Source: Spirochaetales bacterium
Lineage (GTDB): Bacteria > Spirochaetota > Spirochaetia > ARS1246
DNA: 17,332 nucleotides
Direction of reading: 5' to 3'
Assembly: GCA_016930115.1 (NCBI GenBank)
Contig: JAFGHN010000007.1
Coordinates: 1 to 17,332 of the forward strand
Part shown: piece by piece, positions 8,610 through 14,932 of the stretch
How the letters are laid out: each line of letters begins with the position of its first letter
Position numbering within the stretch: the first letter of the stretch is position 1
Program-made: the position numbers and the translations under genes
The notes under the pieces: model-generated
Seen by the model: the letters and a program-made list of their open reading frames with translations, nothing else
Database searches by the model: none
Told to the model about the DNA's origin: nothing

Positions 8610-9118
8610 GGTTTTATCATCTCTTTGCCCGGTCGTATCAGGTGGTAGAAGACAGCCAGAAGCACCAGTACCAGATTGAAGCTGATGAGAAACGGTATCC
8701 AGAATACCGGTATTTGCGTCGTCGGCATGACCTCACCGCTTGCCAACAGGGACAATCCATAATCGATGTTCTTGTAGATCAGCAAACCGAACAAAGTGAG
8801 CGCCGAGAGGCGGAAAAGCGTGTCAACGGCGATCCGTCCCGCCCGGTTCAGGTTCTGATAAAAAAACTCGATGGCGATATGTCCTTTGACAGCCGTCACG
8901 TACGGAAGCCCGCAGGAGATAGCGATGACACCGGCTATCCGCACAATGTCGTACGCTCCGACGATGCCGATGTTGAATATCCTCAGGACTACGTCGGTCA
9001 TCGTAACGCCGATCATCACCAGTACCGCGAGGCCCGCGACCAGCGCAAGTACGTATATCACTCTCCGTATGATGTCAAAAGCGGCCTCAACGAAACCGCT
9101 TTCCGGATCCCCGGTCAT
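8606..9118 (-). CDS. dctQ: TRAP transporter small permease subunit (DctQ family)
   Basis: 170 aa, 4 hydrophobic helices. Lies between DctP and DctM genes with 1- and 4-nt overlaps. Confidence 0.75.
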   Translation of the reverse strand: MTGDPESGFVEAAFDIIRRVIYVLALVAGLAVLVMIGVTMTDVVLRIFNIGIVGAYDIVRIAGVIAISCGLPYVTAVKGHIAIEFFYQNLNRAGRIAVDTLFRLSALTLFGLLIYKNIDYGLSLLASGEVMPTTQIPVFWIPFLISFNLVLVLLAVFYHLIRPGKEMIKP

Positions 9119-10137
9119 CAGTTGGCAAGCGCTTTCTGTATGTCTGCAAGGAACTGCCGGCCGGGAAGCCCTTTTTCTTCAGTCGCTTTTACGTAATCAT
9201 CCAGGATGGGTCGCATCGCCTCAACAAAAAGCGTTTTTTGGCGAGGCGCAAGCTCGATAAAGACTTTGCCAAGACCCCGTACAAAAGCCTCTCCCTCTTC
9301 GTCGCTCAAGTCCCATGCCTCGCCCTGTTTGACGATCCATTCCTCGCTCACATCGGTGAAAATCTTTTGCAGATCCCGCGGAAGGGAGTCCCATTTATTC
9401 TTGTTCATGACAACGAACATCGCGGTGGTATATCCTATTGCCCGGGTATTGACGACGTGGTCAATCACTTCTCCCTGCTTCCACCCTTTGAGGGTTTCAA
9501 CGGGACAAAAAGTTGCATCCACAACCCCTTTCTGAAGGGCGTCATAGGTTTCTCCCTGGCTCATTGAGACAGGCACCGCGCCGAGACGCGATACGATTTT
9601 TGCGGATAACCCGGTGGCTCGAATTTTCATGGATTTCAAATCGTCGATTCCGGTTATTTCCTTCCGGCTCGCCAGTATCCCGGGACCGTGGGCGTGCAGG
9701 TAGAGGACGTGCACATCCTCAAGTTCCTTCGGTTGATATTTTTCAACCATATCACTCGCGATTCTGGTGGCCGTCAGCCCGTCCGGATACCCGAGAGGTA
9801 AATCCAGTCCTTCAAGCAGCGGAAATCTTCCCCGCGTATACGCGAATACACTCATCCCGATGTCGGAGATACCGCTCACTACCCCTTCATAGCATTTGTC
9901 GGCCTTGGTGAGCGTTTCCCCGGCGAAAATCGTAATTTTGATCCTGCCGTCTGAGCGTTTCTCTATTTCCCGTGCCCATGCATCCGCGGTTTGCGCCTGC
10001 AGGTGGCTGGCCGGAAAAAAGATGCTGTAATTCAGCTCAACCGTTTTTTTTGCTTGCGAATCCTCCGCCTTTTCACCACATCCGGAAAAGAAGAAGACCA
10101 TCGCGACCAGGATAAGAGCAGAGACGAGCTTTTTCAT
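9118..10137 (-). CDS. dctP: TRAP transporter substrate-binding protein (DctP family), probable lipoprotein
   Basis: Start taken at MKKLVSALILVAMVFFFSGC (AAGGA RBS 7 nt upstream). The track start at 10203 adds 22 residues without an RBS. Signal peptide ends in lipobox-like FSGC. The mature protein has the DctP/SiaP-like pattern. Confidence 0.85.
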   Translation of the reverse strand: MKKLVSALILVAMVFFFSGCGEKAEDSQAKKTVELNYSIFFPASHLQAQTADAWAREIEKRSDGRIKITIFAGETLTKADKCYEGVVSGISDIGMSVFAYTRGRFPLLEGLDLPLGYPDGLTATRIASDMVEKYQPKELEDVHVLYLHAHGPGILASRKEITGIDDLKSMKIRATGLSAKIVSRLGAVPVSMSQGETYDALQKGVVDATFCPVETLKGWKQGEVIDHVVNTRAIGYTTAMFVVMNKNKWDSLPRDLQKIFTDVSEEWIVKQGEAWDLSDEEGEAFVRGLGKVFIELAPRQKTLFVEAMRPILDDYVKATEEKGLPGRQFLADIQKALAN

Positions 10138-10222
10138 AGGATATCCTTCTCGTTTCAAGTAGTAACGGCATAAACAGTGGCATCTATCGATTTGGTTTGT
10201 CAATATATGGATGATCCTGCGT

Positions 10223-10247
10223 GCGCCCGGCGTTTCCAGCCGGGCGC
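10223..10247 (-). terminator. GC-rich hairpin (9-bp stem GCGCCCGGC / GCCGGGCGC, 7-nt loop) 14 nt downstream of the oxidoreductase stop; no U-tract
   Basis: Read directly: gcgcccggc-gtttcca-gccgggcgc. Lacks a T-run on either strand, so it is a possible terminator or attenuator rather than a confirmed intrinsic terminator. Confidence 0.3.
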
Positions 10248-10260
10248 CGTGTGGATTGTC

Positions 10261-11610
10261 TCACGCCGACATTTGTTGTATCGCAACTTCTGCAGCATTT
10301 ACGAGTTGATAGGCTATTGGCGACGCCGTAAGCGCAGGATGGGTGCCCGTTTGGAATGTGGCAATATCGTTTGCCGTCATTCTCTGGTGAATGCATGCGC
10401 TTATCGCGTTTATGAGCTCTCCGCCGCTTTTTGCGCCGTTTACCTGGCCGCCTATGATGACCTGGCTGCCGACTTCAAAAAGCAGCTTGACGCTCAGCAT
10501 TTCACCGCCGGGCATACAACCCGGATGACGGTTGATCGATTCCGCAACTCCCTCCACAACGTGGTAGTTTTTGGCCTCAGCCTGGGCTTTTGTAAGGCCG
10601 GCCGCGGCAAAAGCGCAGTCGCCGATCACCGTCGAATACACACCAATGACGCCCATGTTCACCCTGTGCGTTGAAAACAGGTTGGCGCCGGCTATCCGCG
10701 CCTCCATGGAAGCTATCGAGGCAAGCTTGAGGGCGGACGGCTTTCCGTCAAAGAAGGATACTTTCTCCGCGCAGTCCCCGCAGGCGAAAATAGAATCGTC
10801 GCTGGTTCTCATATACCTGTCCACTTGTATTCCGCCGGTGAGCCCGATCTCCAGACCCGCATCCTTGGCTAGTTCGGTGTTGGCTTTCGCCCCGATGCCG
10901 AGAAGCACGATGTCAACATCTATCTCCTTGCCGCTGTCAAGCTTTACTTTCTCTACGTATTCGCCACCCTCGAGAGACTCGACCTTCTCGTCGAGGGAGA
11001 GAGAAATATTCTCGGCCTTCAAGGTTTCCTCGGCTTTGACGCAGAACTCTTCGTCATACACGAGCTGCAAACAGTGGGTGAGCATCTCAACAATTGATAT
11101 TTTCAAATCGGGATAGCGGCGTCTGCATTCCTCCGCAAGCTCAACGCCGATAAAACCGCAACCCACGACGCAGAGGCTCTTTGCTTTTCCCATTGCTTCA
11201 ATTGCGGTTTCGAGGTACGGAACGTCTTTCTGGATTGCAAAGATGTTCTTCTTGTTGACTCCGGGGAACGGAGGTATGACCGGCCGCGAGCCGGTCGCGA
11301 GTACGAGGCTGTCGTATCCAAACTCGTCTTTTGAAGCGCCGGTCACCGTCTTCGCTTTGGGATCGATCTTTACAACCTCGTCCACAACCGTATCGATTGC
11401 GTTCTTCTTCATGGTGTCATCCGCGGGAATGAGGTTTTTTTCAGGAGTACCCACCACGCCAAAAGCGTAGGGGATCCCGCAAGGTATCGGAACAAGCTTT
11501 TCTTTGCGAATAACCAGAATACTCTTCTTCGGGTAATGCCTGCGCGCCGTTATAGCGGCAACAAGACCGGCGGCGCTTGCGCCTATCACGATAACATCAT
11601 ACTTCTTCAT
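10261..11610 (-). CDS. FAD-dependent pyridine nucleotide-disulfide oxidoreductase, single-redox-Cys class (NADH oxidase / CoA-disulfide reductase / NADH peroxidase family)
   Basis: 449 aa. FAD GxGxxG (VIVIGASAAG). Candidate redox-active Cys in PIPCGIPYAF near residue 44. NAD(P) site VVGCGFIGVELAEE. C-terminal dimerisation-domain pattern. GGAGG RBS. Confidence 0.85.
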   Translation of the reverse strand: MKKYDVIVIGASAAGLVAAITARRHYPKKSILVIRKEKLVPIPCGIPYAFGVVGTPEKNLIPADDTMKKNAIDTVVDEVVKIDPKAKTVTGASKDEFGYDSLVLATGSRPVIPPFPGVNKKNIFAIQKDVPYLETAIEAMGKAKSLCVVGCGFIGVELAEECRRRYPDLKISIVEMLTHCLQLVYDEEFCVKAEETLKAENISLSLDEKVESLEGGEYVEKVKLDSGKEIDVDIVLLGIGAKANTELAKDAGLEIGLTGGIQVDRYMRTSDDSIFACGDCAEKVSFFDGKPSALKLASIASMEARIAGANLFSTHRVNMGVIGVYSTVIGDCAFAAAGLTKAQAEAKNYHVVEGVAESINRHPGCMPGGEMLSVKLLFEVGSQVIIGGQVNGAKSGGELINAISACIHQRMTANDIATFQTGTHPALTASPIAYQLVNAAEVAIQQMSA

Positions 11611-11638
11611 GTATTCCTCCAGAATGCCTTATCTAAAT

Positions 11639-11657
11639 AATATTGATAATCATTATT
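11639..11657. promoter_or_regulatory. Fur-family (Fur/Zur/PerR-type) box AATATTGATAATCATTATT, with 7-1-7 core TGATAAT-C-ATTAT, in the divergent intergenic region
   Basis: 16/19 identity to the classical Fur box GATAATGATAATCATTATC, read directly. It lies 29-47 nt upstream of the minus-strand oxidoreductase start. It overlaps a plausible plus-strand promoter (TTGATA 11643-11648, 17 nt, TATAGC 11666-11671) for the ZIP gene. Confidence 0.5.
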
Positions 11658-11738
11658 TATTGCAGTATAGCCGGTCCCGGAAATTGTGGCAATCGTTTTT
11701 GACTCCGCTTGAGGACGTGCGTTACACTACAGGTATCT

Positions 11739-13070
11739 ATGAGTATTGAATTGCTGCGAAGCGCCTTCTTCTGGGGCTTGATCAGTGCGGTTTCGCTTCC
11801 GCTGGGAGCGTTGCTCGGGCTGCTGACCCGCCCTCCTCGCAAAGTGACGTCGGTGCTCATGGCTTTTGGCGCCGGCGCGCTGCTTTTTGCGCTGACCATT
11901 GAGCTTTTCTCTGAAAGCCTGCATCTGTCGCGCGAGTCAGGCAACAGCATCATCTATATTACAATAGCGGGTGCGCTGGCAGGCGGCCTGCTGTTTGACC
12001 TGCTCAACCAGCTCCTCAACAATCGCGGCGCCTTTCTGAGGAAGTTCGTTACGACAAGGAAGCACCTCGTCCGGATGAAGCGGAAAATGGCCCGCGCGCT
12101 CGTCAACGAATTGAGCCGGGTCAGGCTTCTTCAGTCGCTTCCCCCCGACGACATAGCAACGTTGATTCCCAATATGAAACGAGAGACCTTCGATGCAGGC
12201 GAAGTGATTTTCAGACAGGATGATCTCGGGTCAACTCTCTATTTCATCGTTTCCGGAGAGATCGAAATCCTGAGACGCGACGAGAGCGGGGATGAAAAAA
12301 CGGTCGCCGTTTTGTCCGATAATGACACCTTTGGAGAAATGGCGCTTCTCGGCAGCAGTCCACGGAATGCGACCGCCAGAGCCAAAACGCGAACGAACGT
12401 TTTGAAGGCTCTGCACAGCGATTTTGAGACGGCCCTTGCGCAATCGGACGCGCTCCGTGAATCGGCGCTGGTGCTGTTTCACCAACGCGCGGAGAATCTC
12501 TCGCAAAAGGCGAAGGACTACAGCGCCGAGGAGTGGGAGAGCAGGTGTTTGAAACGGCTGCAGCGTCTTTCAATCCCGGTTTCCGAGCAGGAAATCAACG
12601 AGGAATCGCAAAAAGCGATGCTGGGGAAAGGCGCGGCGATGGCGATCTGGCTTGGCATACTTCTCGACGGCATCCCTGAGTCCCTCATCATCGGGATCCT
12701 CTCGGCGAGCGTCACCGGTATCAGTCTGGCGTTTATCACCGGCGTTTTTCTGGCAAACCTCCCTGAAGCAATGTCAAGCGCCGTCGGCATGAAGAAAAGC
12801 GGTATGTCCTTCTCAACCATTCTCCTCATGTGGGGTTCTCTCTGTCTTATTACAGGCGCCGGCGCCGGTATCGGTGTTTTGCTGTTTCCGCCATCTACCG
12901 GAAAGTCGAGTTACATGCTCTTGAGCGGTATCGAGGGACTTGCCGCGGGAGCGATGCTGACGATGATCGCCGAGACGATGCTGCCTGAAGCCTTTGAGCA
13001 GGGCGGGGCAATCGTCGGATTTTCGACTCTGCTTGGCTTCCTTACCGCTCTTCTTGTCAAAGTGTTTTGA
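11739..13070 (+). CDS. ZIP-family (ZupT-like) metal transporter with a cyclic-nucleotide-binding (CAP-effector-type) domain inserted in the TM3-TM4 cytoplasmic loop
   Basis: The N-terminal 3 TMs align in pattern with ZupT TM1-3 (compare E. coli ZupT [21 protein letters not shown] with MAFGAGALLFALTIELFSESL here). The C-terminal 5 TMs carry ZIP xxPE motifs: LLDGIPESL and LANLPEAM (versus HNFPEG / HNIPEG), and ETMLPEAF (versus DELMP). Between them, residues about 145-265 form a complete cNMP-binding domain with an intact phosphate-binding cassette, FGEMALLGSSPRNATARAKT. Start chosen at ATG 11739; the track's TTG at 11709 is less likely. Confidence 0.75.
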   Translation: MSIELLRSAFFWGLISAVSLPLGALLGLLTRPPRKVTSVLMAFGAGALLFALTIELFSESLHLSRESGNSIIYITIAGALAGGLLFDLLNQLLNNRGAFLRKFVTTRKHLVRMKRKMARALVNELSRVRLLQSLPPDDIATLIPNMKRETFDAGEVIFRQDDLGSTLYFIVSGEIEILRRDESGDEKTVAVLSDNDTFGEMALLGSSPRNATARAKTRTNVLKALHSDFETALAQSDALRESALVLFHQRAENLSQKAKDYSAEEWESRCLKRLQRLSIPVSEQEINEESQKAMLGKGAAMAIWLGILLDGIPESLIIGILSASVTGISLAFITGVFLANLPEAMSSAVGMKKSGMSFSTILLMWGSLCLITGAGAGIGVLLFPPSTGKSSYMLLSGIEGLAAGAMLTMIAETMLPEAFEQGGAIVGFSTLLGFLTALLVKVF

Positions 13071-13143
13071 TCCACCGGCCCGGAAGCGGAACATCATTTT
13101 TCATTAGATATCCCGCCGTGAATCGATTACATTATGCTGAGAT

Positions 13144-14142
13144 ATGAAATACGTTACGGCGCGACGGTTCTTTTTGCCGCTATTTCTCCTCACCGCGTTG
13201 GCGGTCTCGCTTCCGGCCGACGGGGAACCAGGGACTGCTGCCGCCGCGATGACCGCGGCAATCGGAAAGCCTGTAAGGATGAAGACGACCCAGGGCGGCG
13301 TTTTTCATGGCATCCTGAAGTTGGTAGCGGAAGACAGGATCGAAATAGTCGCCGACGACGGGCAGATCCTACAAATCGATCTGGAATCGGTAGAAGAGTT
13401 TACCGTCATTGAGGAGAAGATCACAAAAGAGACCTTCTTCCAGGATTCCGCGGCCAACCGTCTGATCGTGATGCCCACCGGATTTCCCATGGAAACCGGG
13501 GAGTTTCACGTAGCAGACCAGGAGATTATTGCGGTAACCGTCAGTTACGGCTTGAACGAGCATGCATCCTTCTGGGCGGGTTTGAGTATACCCGGTTTTC
13601 TCGTGAGCGCGCGCTATATCTTCTCGCCTTCAGACAGCTTCGCGCTTTCGGTCGGTTCCTTTGCGGGTCTATCCTGGATGGAGAACCTCAAGACCGGGGT
13701 AATTCTTCCCTATCTCATCGGTTCCTGGGGAGAGCCGAACAACAACATTACGGTGGGCGCAAGCCCGATAGTGACCTTTGACTACACTCGGGCCACACCG
13801 TTTGAGCTCAATGGCGCGGTTGCTGCGCTGGGCGGGAAGATGGTATTGACGGCCTCTTCCTCGCTGATATTTGAGAACTGGATCATGTGGCTCAAGCGGG
13901 ATGTCTACGGGGGCTCGCTTGATCAGGCGAGTGCGAAATGGGACGCCGTTCCCAGAGTCCTCCTTCCCGCGGTTGTGTTTCGCATCGCCGGGCAGCGGTT
14001 GAGCTGGGACATCGGTGCGATCATTCCGCTGTTCATAACGGATTCCGGCTATGAAGCGAATACCGGTTACAGGCTGCAAGGCATTGGCGGTGATGCGGTT
14101 ATTCCACTCCCGATCCTGAGCGTGACCTATCGTATCGATTGA
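13144..14142 (+). CDS. secreted hypothetical protein (signal peptide; beta-rich, possibly outer-membrane or periplasmic)
   Basis: 332 aa. N-terminal signal peptide MKYVTARRFFLPLFLLTALAVSLPADG. Long stretches of alternating hydrophobic/polar residues consistent with beta strands. No recognisable catalytic motif. Confidence 0.55.
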   Translation: MKYVTARRFFLPLFLLTALAVSLPADGEPGTAAAAMTAAIGKPVRMKTTQGGVFHGILKLVAEDRIEIVADDGQILQIDLESVEEFTVIEEKITKETFFQDSAANRLIVMPTGFPMETGEFHVADQEIIAVTVSYGLNEHASFWAGLSIPGFLVSARYIFSPSDSFALSVGSFAGLSWMENLKTGVILPYLIGSWGEPNNNITVGASPIVTFDYTRATPFELNGAVAALGGKMVLTASSSLIFENWIMWLKRDVYGGSLDQASAKWDAVPRVLLPAVVFRIAGQRLSWDIGAIIPLFITDSGYEANTGYRLQGIGGDAVIPLPILSVTYRID

Positions 14143-14171
14143 ACCGGACATTCCCTGAAGGGGGACGGCCG

Positions 14172-14372
14172 TTAATCATCGACCTTGTATCCCGCTGCCG
14201 CCACCGCTTCTTTCACGGTGTCCAGGGAGACATCCCCTTTTACAACCGCCGACTGCTTCCTGAGGTTGACGGAAACGCCTTTGACGCCATTCAGTTTTTC
14301 GATACTCGATTTGACCGTTCTGACGCAATGGTCACAGCTCATTCCAACAATTTTCAGCTTTAGTCTGGTCAT
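14172..14372 (-). CDS. heavy-metal-associated (HMA) domain metallochaperone, CopZ-like
   Basis: 66 aa from ATG 14372 (GAGGAG RBS 6 nt upstream); the track's longer start adds 9 residues without an RBS. MxCxxC metal-binding motif GMSCDHC, ferredoxin-like beta-alpha-beta-beta-alpha-beta pattern. Confidence 0.75.
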   Translation of the reverse strand: MTRLKLKIVGMSCDHCVRTVKSSIEKLNGVKGVSVNLRKQSAVVKGDVSLDTVKEAVAAAGYKVDD

Positions 14373-14406
14373 GTCAAACTCCTCTGCATGTATATGCAAC
14401 TATCAG

Positions 14407-14751
14407 CTATTCCTCCACGTGCTCGAGTCCGAGGTTGAGAATCGCGCCTATGTGGTTGTCGTTCAAGGTGTAGAACACCATTTTCCCCTCTCTTCTATAC
14501 CTGGCCAGCCGCGCCTGGCGCAGCAGCTTCAACTGGTGGCTGATGGCCGCCTGTTGCATGTTCAACACCGCACAGATGTCCTGCACGCAAAGCTCTCTGT
14601 CGCGCAGGAGAAAGAGAATCCGTATCCGTGTGGGATCACCGAACACTTTGAGGAAATCCGAGAGATCCTGAAGCACTTCCTCGATGGGGAGTCTATCCGC
14701 GAGGATCTTTACCTCGTTTTCGGTTAGATTGCAGGCGTCAACATCGGCCAT
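14407..14751 (-). CDS. ArsR/SmtB-family metal-sensing transcriptional repressor (both alpha3N-type Cys ligands and alpha5 DxHx10Hx2E site present)
   Basis: 114 aa. HTH region ELCVQDICAVLNMQQAAISHQLKLL. Cys7, Cys55, Cys60 sit at CadC/SmtB alpha3N-like positions. The C-terminus DNHIGAILNLGLEHVEE exactly fits the alpha5 motif D-x-H-x10-H-x2-E. GGGAGA RBS. Confidence 0.85.
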   Translation of the reverse strand: MADVDACNLTENEVKILADRLPIEEVLQDLSDFLKVFGDPTRIRILFLLRDRELCVQDICAVLNMQQAAISHQLKLLRQARLARYRREGKMVFYTLNDNHIGAILNLGLEHVEE

Positions 14752-14766
14752 GCCACGTCTCCCGCT

Positions 14767-14798
14767 ATATATAAACGATTGCGCATGTGTTTATATAT
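14767..14798. promoter_or_regulatory. inverted repeat ATATATAAAC-N12-GTTTATATAT, candidate ArsR/SmtB operator in the divergent promoter region
   Basis: Perfect 10-bp arms read directly, 16-47 nt upstream of the arsR-like start. Overlaps AT-rich -10-like hexamers for the minus-strand gene. Confidence 0.45.
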
Positions 14799-14932
14799 TA
14801 GTCATTTTGTTGCGTCACATCAAGTATTTCGAGCACGCGGAAAATGATGTATTCTTCTGAGAGATCGCGGCTATAATGACCGTTCAGACAGTATTGCACG
14901 CGTCGGAAAAGAGGCGTGTCCAGGAGGGCAAA

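Noticed and set aside
8603-9196. 197-aa plus-strand ORF overlapping dctQ/dctP
   Set aside because: Antisense to TRAP genes. His/Arg/Asp-rich low-complexity translation.
10138-10203. 22-codon N-terminal extension of dctP (MTNQIDRCHCLCRYYLKREGYP)
   Set aside because: It has no RBS. The internal ATG 10137 has AAGGA at the correct spacing and starts a canonical signal peptide.
10177-10674. 165-aa plus-strand ORF opposite the oxidoreductase 3' region
   Set aside because: Antisense to a gene with clear FAD/NAD motifs. No RBS.
11709-11738. TTG start extending the ZIP-cNMP ORF by 10 codons
   Set aside because: The candidate promoters place the transcript start at or after this position, and ZupT-like proteins begin close to TM1. 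ATG 11739 is preferred, but only weakly, since the RBS is poor for both.
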